Positions 51,601 to 63,800 are shown, counted from the first letter of the stretch. The stretch is DNA of 64,000 nt from Parasitella parasitica NRRL 2501 (GCA_025201805.1 MU619258.1:62001-126000), one strand, 5' to 3'. Numbers and translations: made by a program. Notes: a model not told the origin generated them from the letters alone.

Positions 51601-54600
51601 GAGCATCAAGTATCTCCACACCACTGTGCAGCAAGTCAAATCTACCATTACAAAGACCAGCGCTGAAATCATGGTTATTGGTGTTGAAGCTGCTACTTCT
51701 ACGTCTCACTCTTACGGTGGTTTTGACAAGATGACTTCGGTCATCACTCAGCACGAGCATCAGATTAGTGAAGCTCTTGTTGTATACGAGTCCAATGTTT
51801 CAAAGCAAACAGTCGAAAGCACCAAACAACAACAACAAAGCACATCCAACAACACCGCCGCTGTTGTCACCAAGAAGGATACCTATACCGTCGTAGCTGT
51901 CGAGTATATCCTGACCACTGTCAATACGTGGATGGAAGAGCTTATGGTTGAAGTTTCTGAATGTGCCAAGGTCGAGCACAATGTTCAAATTGCTACCAAG
52001 ATGATCAACAGCATCGTTGCGGAATACAGAGAGTATATTAACACTGAATTCTCAATGATATCTGAAAGGGTTCAAAGCTCCAAGGCTGATGCTACTGCCA
52101 AGCAAGAGTTGATCAACATTCTTGAATGGACTCGTGGTGTCATTCTCCAAAGCTCTACTCAAGTCCAAGCTATTGGCATCAACTGTGCTAGCTCTTTCAG
52201 TGCTACTGGCGGTATTGAGCAGATGAAGCCTCTTGTCAATGCTTCTTGGGACCAAGTCAAACTGACCGTTGGTCGCTGCAACAAGACGATCAAGATTGGC
52301 GTTGAGCGTTCTTCTGCACACTCTGAAAAGAAGAAAGTGGTAAGTGTTGTTTACATTCTACATGTATGTCGTCGTTGATGACTAACAACTTTTTTTTGCT
52401 CTTTGCAGAAATCTGAATGTCAAAAGCAGGAGATCAAGAAGAAGGCTGAATGCATTGCTGCCGAAAAGAAGAAGAAGGAAGAAGCTTGTGCAAAGAAGAA
52501 CAGTAAGGCCAAGCGCACTGATTCTGGTTCTGATTCTTCGGAAACTGATTCTGGCTCTGATACCGAGGACGATTGTGACAAGAACAAGAACAAGAACAAG
52601 AAGAAGGAAAAGAAGGAGAAGAGCAAGTCCAAGGCAGACTGTAGTAAAAAGGCCAAAAAGTCGACTACAGGCAAGAAATCACAAAAGTCTCCTGATTCTG
52701 ACAGCAGCGACAGTTCTGCATCTGACAGCGACGATAGCGCCAACAAGAAGGGCAAGAAATCCTCCCTTGACAAAAAGAAGATTGCCGTTGGCATTATTGC
52801 TGGCGGTGCTACTGCTGGTGCCATCATCAAAGCAAAGCACGATGATTCAGAATCTGACTCTGACTCTGACTCTGACTCTCACTCTGACTCTGACTCTGAT
52901 AGCAGCAAAAAGGCTACCACTGTCATTGACAAGAAAAAGCTTACCACCGGTGAATCTACCCTGGATGTCACTGTCATTGTCCGCGAATGGTACGAAAAAC
53001 TCATAGTTGAGGTGTCTTCTCGTTCCAAGAAGGGCGGATCCAGTGCCAGTGCTGATATTGAAGTCATTGTTCAAAAGGCTACCAAGAGCATCTCTGAAAC
53101 CCTTCGCATCATCAGCGCCAATGCGCACAAGTCTGTTAGCGACAAGACCACTGTAACACAGTACCAAGCTTCCATTGAGTGGGCCAAGAATCTCGTCATT
53201 CAAAGCACCTACACCATCAAGGCTATTGGTATCAACACTGCTGCTTCGGCCTCGTCCAAGACTGGTGGCATTGAGCAAATGCGCCCCATTGCTGTCTCTA
53301 TTCAGGAGCAAGTCAACGTTGAAATACGTCGTTATAAGCTTGTCGTTCAAAAGACTGAGGAGGTTCAAAAGAAGGAAAACACTGCAGTCTCTGTTATCGA
53401 GCACAAGGAAAACAGCGAAAAGATATGCACGGGTCGCCAGTCTGCTGTCAATCGCAAGGATTACTGTGAGAAGCTCGAAAAGCACGTCTCTGAGGTTGTC
53501 GCTGAATCCAAGGTTGTCATTGTGTCCTGGTTTGCACAGCTTATTCGTGAGGTATCTATTCGTGTCCATCAAGGCGGCTCCAACATTGACCAAGATGTTG
53601 CTGCATTGATTGAGAAATCCAAGCTTGAGCTTACAAGCACTATTGAGCGTACCAAGAACAAATTCACTGCTTCAATCGAAGTCTATGAAAAGGACAAGAC
53701 CTTTGCATTGGTCGAATATCACATTCAGGAGAGCCTCAAGACTGTTCAAGCTACTGTTGATTCCAAGATTGTGCAGGTTCAAGAGATTGTCACCAAGCAT
53801 CATTCTGAATCTGAGGTTACTGAGAAGCTTTCTGTTGTTCTGGAATCTTCCAAGCTCAACATCACTGAAACTCTGGAGGCTACCCATACTCAATCTGTCA
53901 CTGTGATCAAGCAGGAAACAACGCAAACGGAATCCACTGTCAAGATTATCGACACTGTTGATACTGTCAAGACAGCCGTGGCTCACTGGCACGCCAAGCT
54001 GACAGAGGAGATTTATGCTATCAGCATTGACACCACAATCACAAACAAGGAACAGAAGATTTCTACGTTAATTGAAGAAGCTACTGTGGAAATTCAACGT
54101 GTTACTGTAGAGGCCAAGTCAAAGGTAACCCAAGATTGCAGTTCTGTCAAGAAAATCAGCAAGACCAAGGAGCAGGAGCTTTTGGCCACTATTGACTATG
54201 TGCATGAGACCTTCTCTACTGATGTCCAAAAGATTCAGCAAGTGAGTGTCGAGGCCGTCAACAAGTCTGAGACCACCAACATCAAGGAAACCATCTCTGC
54301 TGCCATCCATGCCTCCCATGAAAAGATTGACACTGCTTTGACTCGCACCACTGCCACTGTCATTGGTGTTGCTACTGCGGCCATTGGTGCTCATGCTGTT
54401 AGCAAGCAAGAAAAGAAGCAGGAAGGAAGCAAATCTTCCCATGCTGGGCTTTCTGTGGATGTCGACGAAAATGTCACTGTAATTTCAAAATGGTTTGAGC
54501 TGTTTACCAAGAGAGTGTCTGGATCTGTGCTCCACGGTGAAGGTGATGTGGTTCAGAACGTCACTGCTGTTACAGAGCATGCGGAACAAGAAATCACCGA

Positions 54601-57600
54601 GATCATTTCCACTGCTCGCAACGACTTTGTCAAGCGCTTAACGCTTCAAAACTTGGATCAAGAGTCTTACAACTATGCTTGCAAGCACTATGAGGAAAGC
54701 CTCGAGTCTGTCCGTGTCTCTATTGTTACTGAAATTGTCGAGGTCAAGAAGGTTGCAATCCATGCCCACACTAGTGGCAATGTGCACGAGTTGGAAACCA
54801 AATTGACCAAGCTGACTGAAACTTCCAATGAGCGCATCAAGGTTGTTATGGGCTCTTCTGTAGTCATTAGCCACAAGGATCAGTCTGGCAGCGCAAGCTC
54901 CTCGTCTGGCAAGAAGGCTGAAGCTGTTGTCCAGATCGAAGTCAAGGATTCTGACGTTGTTGTTGGTAAGCAAGATATTGACTTTGGCCGTAAGGAATCA
55001 AGCGTTACTGTTACTCATGAACAAGAAAAGACCAAGAAGTCTGAAAAGGGTATGTGCAAACTAGCACAAACACTGTCTCATGACACTGAAATACTAACTT
55101 TTTTTTTTGACATGTAGCTGAAGAAAAGAAAAAGGACTCCAACATTGACAAGATTGTAGCTGGAACGTTAGCCATCGGTGCTGCTGCAGGTGCTGCCGTT
55201 CTGATTCATAAAAAGAACGAAAAGGAGGAGGCTGCTGCTGCTGAAAAGCTCAAGAAGCAGCAGGAAACCCATGCCGTTCAAAACCTTAGATATGACTCTG
55301 GCATCGCCACGATTGAAAGCGTCAACATCTCCATCTCTACTTGGTTTACTTGTTTAATCCAAAAGGTGTCTTCTGCTTCCAGAGCCGGCGCCTCGTCCAA
55401 GAAGATTACGACAATTGTTGAAGAGTCAAGAACTGAGCTCACCCAAATCATTGAACACGCCAAGGTAACTGGTTCCAAGTACTGTGCATCTGCCAGCGAT
55501 GAGCAACAACTCGTCAGCAAGATTGAATGGGCTTCGTCCGTTGCCCACAACCAAGCTGTTCAAATTCAACAAATTGGCATCAACGCATCCGGTGGCAAGG
55601 CTGACATGACCGGCCAAATGCAAGCCTTGGCTACTGCATCTTATCATCAAATTGAGGTTACTCTTGAGCAGCTCAAGACGTCTGTTACCTTCCATCAAAA
55701 GATAAACAAGATCAACAATACCAAGACACATACTACTACTGGTTCCAGTGAAAAGGCCTCTGCTGTCGAGAAGCCTGTTTGTGGAAAGATGGAAACATCT
55801 GTGGACAAGACCAAGGTTGCCTACACTGTCATTCAAGAGACCCGCACTACCACGATGGCCTTGTTTGTATCTCTTTCTGAGCGTATTGTCACTCGCATTC
55901 GCCAAGGTGGATCCAACGTTCAAGAGGACGTCAACAAGATGATTGCATCGAGTGAGCAAGAGATATCCAAGATCTTTGCCCAGGCCAAGTCGACCTCTTC
56001 GACCTCGTCGTCGTCATCGTCGTCTTCATCCAAGATTGACAAGAAGACTCGCATTGAAATCGAGGAAGCTCTTGCGTCTGTCCACAAGACTGTGCAAGAA
56101 GAAATCACTCAAGTCAAGGTTGTTACTACCGAGGTTGTTTCCTCCGAGACTACCGACACTAAGATTGCTGTTGACAAGGTGCTGCAAGTGAGCAAGGCTT
56201 CGCAGAGCAAGATTGAAACTACTTTTACAAGTGTTTCTGAAGGCATTGCTGCAAGTCGTAAGTCCTACAAAGCAGCAGCTGATCGTATTTTTGTGCTAAT
56301 CTCTATTTTTTTTTTCATCTAGTTATCATCGTTTCCCAAACTGCTCAACAAGCAACCGAGACTGTCCAAGGCTGGTTCTCTGATCTCAAGAACAAGATTG
56401 ATAAGCTTCTCGAGGCCAGCGACTGCTCTGAAGAGGAAACTCAGCAAAAGATCAACGTAATTGTTGCCGAAGCTGAAGCAGAGATGAAGACAAAGATCGA
56501 GAAGCTTCAGCAAACGACCACTACAACTACGACATCTACCAAAAAGACCTCTTCTACCACTCAAGTTACAACTGACCACCATCTCGACATCTTCTTTGGT
56601 AACATCAAGTCCTCTGTCCAGAGTCAATTGGATGTTGTCAAGACCGCTGTCCAAGACACTAGCAAGACTGACAAGTCCAAGATTATGTCTGCTATTGAAA
56701 CCAGCGAGAACAAGTTGAAGCAGGAGGTCGAAAACCACTACCAAGCTGTTGAAAGCATCACTACGGTCGAGCACATTACTGGCTCAAAGCAGCAAGTTGC
56801 TACTCAAGTAGAAGGGCAAGATCGCCATGACTCTTACAAGGACACCATTGTTAAAACTGCTGTTGGATCTGCTGCAGTCGCCGCAGCTGCTGCTATCGCC
56901 ATTGATTACCACAAAAAGAGCCAACAGGCTGAAACGACTGCGGTTCAAGTAGTCAAACAGTCTTCTATTCAGGACGTTCAAGTACAAATTGATACCTGGT
57001 TTACTAGCCTGTCTCAAAAGATCACTGCATGCACCAAGAAGGGAGGTAGCAATGTATCTGTCCAAGTTGAAAACATTGTCAAGGAGGCCCAAGCTGAACT
57101 TGAGGTTACTATCAACGAGGCCAAATCTCAACACACCACTACCGAGACTTATACTTCCGAGTCCAGCCGCACGTTCACCAGTACTCTTGAATGGATCAAG
57201 GTCACTGCCTATAGTCAATCTTCCCAGATCACCCAGATCGTCAGCCAAAGCTCTTCAAGCTCCATTGATTTGACCACACAGATCGAGAACCATGTGTCTG
57301 CTACCAAGCAACAGGTTGATTCTGCACTGGAGGTCCATTACAAGAAGGCTACAAGCACTGTTGTCGCTATTGATCAATCAAAGAAAACACAGATTGTTGG
57401 CCAAAAGAAACAAGACACTGCGGTCGAAAACGTTGTGCAAGTTGTCAAGGAGTCTCGCCAGCAAACTCAAAAGCGTTTCAGCCTCGAAACCACTGTGATT
57501 GTTCAGGAAAGCAAGACTCACATCACCAACTGGCTTGTTCTTTTGTTGGAAAATGTAACCAGCATCATTCATGGAAACTCTGAAACCATTCGCAAGGACA

Positions 57601-58838
57601 TCTTTGCTAGACTCGATGTGGCCGAAAAGGACTTGGATGTCTTTATCAAGCAAACCAAGGACAAGTTCTTGCTCACCAGCAAGACTTCTGCCACTAGCCA
57701 TGTTGAGACAGAAACGCAAACCCTGATCGTCAACTCTGTGAAGCAGACCTTGGATTGCATTGACAGTATCAAAGCTACACTCCTTGTTCAGATCGCTGTT
57801 CTTCGCGAGGTCATCAACCGCATTGAAGTTGAAGACATCGATGTCATTACCACGAGACTTGAAGCAGTTATCACCCGCACGCAAAAGCGTGTTCATCACA
57901 CTCTTGAAATTGGCGTTGATCTGGCCATCTCCTCTGCCTTTGAAGGAAAGGTTGTCACCTGGTCTGAAACCTGTCATGTCCCTGCATCATTCAAGGATGT
58001 TCGCGTGATTGCATTTGATGTACTGGGCACAGTTGCAAACTTCCGCAAGAACCTTCATCAAGTCTGGAAGCAGATCATTACTCCCAAGAACGACGTTGTT
58101 CTCTCTGGATTAGACTTTAACGTCTTTGTCCGGGAATGGTACGGCGCTTACATTGAAATCAAGAGAGAAAACTTTGTCAAGCAGCGCCCTGTTTCTGACG
58201 ATATTACTCTTCACGAGTCGCTTGTTCATAGTCTGAAGCGCTATTACCTCAAGGATTCTCTTTCCGAAGCAGAAGCGGAGCAATTGTGTGCTGCCTGGAG
58301 AAGTATTGGCGTATACGACGATGCTTCCATCGGAATCCGTCGCCTCAAGAACCAAGCCAGTGCCAAGTACGCTACTATCGCCATCTCTGATACTTTGTCT
58401 ACTCGTTCCTTGATCGACCTGGCTCAAAGCAATTGTCTCTGCTGGCATGGTCAGTTTACTGCGGAAATGTTTGCATCTCAAACCGCTTCTGGTGCTACTG
58501 CATCTCAGTCTGTCATCAAGGGCACTATCGAATTGCTTGGCCTCGAACGTGCTAGTCAATTGGCTGTTGTTTCATCAAGCACTGAACTCGTAGCTGCTGC
58601 AAAGAAGGAAGGCTGCCATACTGTCTTGGTTGAGCGCGAGGAATGTTATGCTAGCTCTGCTCAAAAGGAAGCTGTGTCTGTTACTGACGTCGATATCAAG
58701 GTCGATGGCTTGGATGTCTTTGGAGAGAGTGTTCAATCTTTCTTGGAGCATGAATCTATGGTTCAAGTCTGGAATGAAAAGGGCGCTCCCTCTGCTCCCC
58801 GTGTCCTTGTTCAACAATTGAAAGGATCTTTTGATTAA
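39615..58838 (+). CDS. Giant protein (about 6,170 aa), probable Gellin: 10 ricin-B-like beta-trefoils + about 19 helical repeats + degenerate HAD-like domain. Exons: 39615-39816, 39901-40239, 40294-41031, 41093-41332, 41388-41648, 41727-42242, 42300-42620, 42686-45166, 45225-52339, 52409-55049, 55118-56257, 56323-58838
   Basis: All 11 introns are GT-AG with matching phases; exon sum is 18510 nt = 6170 codons. Ten units start with (F/W/Y)P.x.(W/Y/F)FFI(K/R) and contain QLW/QxW motifs. No signal peptide. Ten beta-trefoil domains in a very large Mucoromycota protein is the described Gellin architecture; A versus B is not resolved. Confidence 0.85.
52853..52900 (+). repeat. (TCTGAC)n hexamer repeat encoding SDSDSD in a Lys/Ser/Asp-rich linker
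   Basis: About 8 copies seen directly. Confidence 0.9.
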
Positions 58839-59471
58839 ATGACTTTTATCATTTTTGCTTTTACAGAAAGGCTCTTGAACTCTATAGCCCATACTTTTAA
58901 CAGTATTTTATCAATAAAGAATATGAATTATTCAACTAAAAATCTAGAGTATACGAACTAAACTACGCATATAGGACTAGCAAACACTTTTTATTGATAA
59001 TATGAATACATGAGCAAGCGTTGCTATTATTTCAGCCAAAAATTTGATTACTTTTGTGATTTATGCTTCTCTCAGTGGAAATAAAGTATGTATCAGAAAA
59101 GCCCTGTTTGTGGCGGTATAAAACATGGCTTGCAAGTCTGTCCGTCTCCATACCTATAATTTTGTTTTTAACAATAAAAACACAACAATCATTGTAGATT
59201 ACAACCACCAATCGCTATATTTACACTACTTGATACGATCATGCAAACATGCTTCTCTGCCTACTCTACTTACTGATTGATTCGGTGGACATACTATTCG
59301 AGACACTTTTAATACGGAGAAATTGTGTCATAACGCCCCGATTTGAATGCATGGGAAAAAACTAAAAAAAAAACCACAAATGTTTGGCACATTAAGCATG
59401 ATACTCATTTTTTAAAAAAATTTTTGTCATTTAATATTGTAAAGAGATTTTTGATTTCGAATATACACTGA

Positions 59472-60009
59472 TTATTTAGTAGCATCCAAATTGACTTCAG
59501 GATTGAAGAAGAGTGAATTCTTACCCCAGAAGAAATCCTATGTTGCAATGTTTTGAGTGATGCGATCATATTATCACTTTTAGATTTCAAAATGTCTTCT
59601 TACCCTTGCTCTGAAGTTGATGTATGGATATTTGACCCATTCCCTGGGATGGTGTTTTGTATGCTCAAGATGCTTCTCGTACAAGCTGTACGCATTGTAA
59701 CCAGCACCGATGAGTCTATGTGTAACAATACATGTCAACCTAAATTAGACATCAAGGCCAAACAAAAAACTTACGCAGGAATACAGACAAAAAGCGAAAT
59801 CTTTTTCCAAGTCTCGGCCGATTCTAAAGAATAAAAATATCGCTTAAATTGATTCTTTGTGTGTACATGTGAGTTTTACCAGCAGCATGAATTTTGACAG
59901 CTTCTCTTTCAGCTTCAAATTCTGTCTTGACCAATTGTGATTGATAGCGAACGCCTAGTCTCTTAAAGTTGCGAGATTGATTGACGGCAGCAGTTCGAAG
60001 GAGAGACAT
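59472..60009 (-). CDS. COX13: Cytochrome c oxidase subunit 6A (yeast Cox13); 4 exons
   Basis: FEAEREAVKIHAA|ESAETWKKISLFVCIP|ALIGAGYNAYSLYEKHLEH...YPYINFRAR|DFFWGKNSLFFNPEVN. Confidence 0.93.
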
Positions 60010-60283
60010 TCTTTTTTTTGTTTTTTGTTTTTGTTTTCTAATTTTCTATTGCAATTGAAATGGAAAGAAACCGAGTGGCATGCCTCGCAGGATTCAAGAT
60101 GCTTTTATACGATTCTTGCCCCACATTCAAACGGTAGGGTGGGTGACGTCGAGATGAGATTGATGATCCGCGACCTGTTGGTATAGCACTTTTATAAGCG
60201 AGGGGTTGGGTATTTTTCTCTTCTTCTTTTTGCAATTTGACTTTAAACCCCCCTCTCTTCATTTCTCGAGAATATAAACCATC

Positions 60284-60703
60284 ATGTCAGGTAGAGTATT
60301 CAACATTGAAAAGCACCACCTTAAAGAGTCATGCATTGCAAGATTTACTCACAAACAGCTACATTAGAAAAAGCTTCTCAACAAGACATGGCAAAATCTC
60401 GCATTCCATTTGAATACCGTGATTATTGCGCAAACCTTTTGATCCCCCTTAACAAGTGCAGAGGCGAAACATTTTACCTTCCCTGGAAGTGCGAGAACGA
60501 ACGTCATGTATATGAAAAATGCCAATATGATGAGTATGCATTTATTACCTTTTTTTTTTATTTCAACAATATGAGCCAAGTTTAACTTTTTTTTNNNNNN
60601 NNNNNNNNNNNNNNNNNNNNNNNNNNNNNNNNNNNNNNNTTTTCAATGTAGCTTCAAGCGTCGTATGAAGGAACAGCAAGCAAAGGCAGAAGAAGAGGAA
60701 TAA
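60284..60703 (+). CDS. NDUFB7: NADH:ubiquinone oxidoreductase subunit B18/NB8M; 3 exons (first coding exon 7 nt)
   Basis: ASQQDMAKSRIPFEYRDYCANLLIPLNKCR..FYLPWKCENERHVYEKCQYD|DFKRRM; twin CX9C. Confidence 0.93.
60595..60639. other. Assembly gap (N run) inside the NDUFB7 intron
   Basis: 45 Ns. Confidence 1.
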
Positions 60704-60829
60704 AATATATATAAAATCCTGAATACTATAATAAAAAGAATATACACACACACGCTTATTACAATCAACATACAATCGGCAGAGTTAGAAAATACAACGT
60801 TTAGAGAGAATTAGAGCAAGATGAATTTA

Positions 60830-63800
60830 TTAATCCAAAAGATCAAGAGAAGGTAATGGTTGGGGAGGCGCTATAGGGTTTTGAGTGACAACGCCATTGG
60901 GAGTAGCAGCAGCAGCAGCAGCAGGAACGTATATATGATTCATCAACGCTTCGAGGTAGTTCTCTGCAAAAGACGACATGTAAAATTCATGTTCAGAGCT
61001 ATGTGCAGACACAAAATTGTGAGCCAGTTCATGACAGATGGTCATGAACCAGTATATCAGAGCATCTTTTCTTTTACTTGCTTGTTGACTCTTTTCGGTA
61101 GTATCATGCAGAGCTAGATAATATCGCAGATTCATAAACAAGCTACCGCTAGAATTAAAGGCAATGGCGGGACCCTCGCTATCATAGAATATTTGGATGC
61201 TTGCCAGTTTGAGTCCAAAAACTTGCGCCAGCTCGGTGAGAATGCTATTGAATCGTGCCATGGCTTGGCCATATTGCTCCAGCACATCGTCTGGTTGAAT
61301 GCTACGATGCACAAAGAACTCCATGCCCATGACATTGCCTACATAGCTCAAATCTTGACACGAGGTAGAATCACAGTAGGTAGACGACTCATTGACTTGG
61401 TTGATCCGAGGCGGCGAAAAGACGTCTTTCCCAGCGTATGGTTTACATGAGTGAATAGCTCGCTTGAGGTTCTGTTGGATGTTGGCCGTATAGTTGGGAG
61501 TGATTGTTGCATCAGATCTAGGGAGTTTTGGCTTGTTTACAAGGCTTGCATCATTGATTTGCTTTGAAACATCATTAGGCACAGATGGCGAGGATGTCAA
61601 AGAAGAAGGCGGATGAGAGGGTGGTGTTTTCCAAGCCCCCAATATCTTGTTCATGAATCCGGAAGATCTCCCGCTTCTGGCTTGTTGACGCTGCTGCTCG
61701 GCTGCTAATTCAATCTGCTTTTTGAGTTCTTCCTCTTCAGAAAAAACCGCTTTTTCAACCTCTTTTCCTGGTTGTTTGGTCTTGGGATAATCTTCGTGCA
61801 GGAGCTTTGTAATCACATTTTGTACATGATTGCTGTGTTGCTGAGAAAGCAACTGTCGAATGTAAGCTGTCTGACAATCGCCAAACACTTCTTTGACTTG
61901 GCTCGTATAGGAATCAAGATCTTTGGTAGAGATGGGCTTTGGCATGTCGTGCGGAGGAGATGGATTTGCAGTGGATTTGTTGCTGTCATAGTTGGATCCA
62001 GAGGGCGGCTGAGGAAGAGGAGGAGAAGGTGTCTTGTCTATCTGCTTTTTAATGTTCAATATTCGATCAACAGGGACGCCTTTGCGACGCAAATTGTACA
62101 AGGTGGTAGTCAAATAGCGCTCCACCACAATGGCATCGTTGAAACGAACGCGAGCAAAGATCAAGGCGCACAAAGAGTTGGCAACGTCATAGAAATCAAT
62201 GTCGTTTGAGTCGGATATGTAGATTTGAAAGTTGGTTCGATCAGCACAAGAGGTAGTGGGCTGGACGTTCTTTTCGTTGGTATATTTAAACGTGCGATTG
62301 ATCTTCAAATCTTTGACTTGAATAACCTTGAGATGCTGCATTACATACTTTTCATCATGCAATAGTTCCTTCCTTCTTCGATGATCGTCGTTCATCATTT
62401 GATATATAATGATCGGCGTACGCTCAAAGATCATGTCTGTGATTTTCTTGGTTGTCTTGGAAACGCCAATATTAGTAGCGTAAGAGTAGGCTTCCCTTAC
62501 TTGGCTGCCGTACACTGTTAGTGATTGTGATCAAGAAATACTATACGAATCTCTTACCTTTGGAGCGTTCTACTGCCTAGACTTGCGTAAAATTCTTCCA
62601 GCATAGGTTCCAAAGGTGCTGACAACGGACTAAAGATTTGCTGAGCCATGGTATCATTGTTAATAAAGATATCTGCAGCCTTGGCGAGTCTGTATTGTAC
62701 AAATTCATCTTCGGCGGCCTCGTCTGTTTCTTTTTCTTTTTCTTCTTCTCCATTATTGTCCTGCTTTTCCTTGCGCTGTCGTTGCTCTGTCAAGGTCGTC
62801 CGTTTGATGCCGACCAAAAAAGGCTTCGTTTTCATGTCACTCAACAATTGTCTGTTTGATTTGATTGAAGAAAATTGGCATGCAATTTGACGCAATGCTT
62901 CGAGGTAGCGTTCTCCCCCGCTGCTCAAGTCCCAGAAACGCTGTGGATCCTTGACGATCATAGCAGCTAATTCCACTGTAGTGGGCTCATCCTTGACACC
63001 GCAAGAACGCAAAAATGAATTAGATCGAGAGCCAAAACTGACATAAACAAACAAATCCTTGTAAAAGCTCGTTGAGCCTTCTGACTCAAAGTAAACCTGT
63101 GCAGGCTGGTACAATTTGACAGATTCATTCTTTTCAACTGGAATAAAGGCAAGTTGTCGTAGTGTTTGCCATTGAGCATGAGAAAATTCGCCCATCCGAC
63201 TTGCCATGTACTCGAACACTTTACGCGCCTTTTCATGGCCTACTTGCAGCTTTTCTACAAAGGCGGCAACTAGTTGATCGGCAGTAGGGTTTTCTCGAAC
63301 ACAAAGCCTGTCTCGAACGTTGATCAAGTCTGAATGGAGCACCTGAAATCCTAACAACTGTACGTCAGGATTAGAAAAACAATCCTTGGGAGCTGCATAG
63401 GTTTTGCCGTCTGCACAGGGCAAGAATTTGATCTGAATGGTATTGACATTGTAGGAATCCTTGTAATCCTGATACTTTTCAATGAGGTAGGACAAGGCGC
63501 GCCTTTGGATGGCTACTCTTTCAGGCGTTGTCTTGGAATCAGGAGCCGCGAGCAATAGCAAGGATGCCAACGGTGGCGTTGTATTCAGGCCAAGTTTTCC
63601 TAGAAATTTAGCCTCATCACTGGCTGGCTTCCAGCGAGGCATGGCTGTCCAGTATATTGTTGGCAGCTTCAAATCACGGATGATATCTGTAGGTGCAAAT
63701 AGATCTCCTGCGCGATACCGTTTGTATATCTTTTTGGTTTGTTTCTCCATGGTAGGTTTGCCATCAGAGTGCATGCTGATCTCCTTGAGACGTGGCTCCT

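Noticed and set aside
39615-58838. Giant gene as a secreted AB/polymorphic toxin or a Leashin-type Woronin-body tether
   Set aside because: There is no signal peptide or RIP A-chain, the HAD domain looks inactive, and Mucorales lack Woronin bodies. The ten-trefoil Gellin reading fits better.
40035-58892. Dozens of minus-strand and alternative-frame ORFs within the giant gene
   Set aside because: These are shadows of a long, codon-biased CDS with no motifs of their own.
3903-60703. Mitochondrial gene cluster (mL40, NDUFA6, COX6A, NDUFB7)
   Set aside because: Apart from the COX6A/NDUFB7 pair, the genes are far apart and interspersed with unrelated genes, which is consistent with chance.
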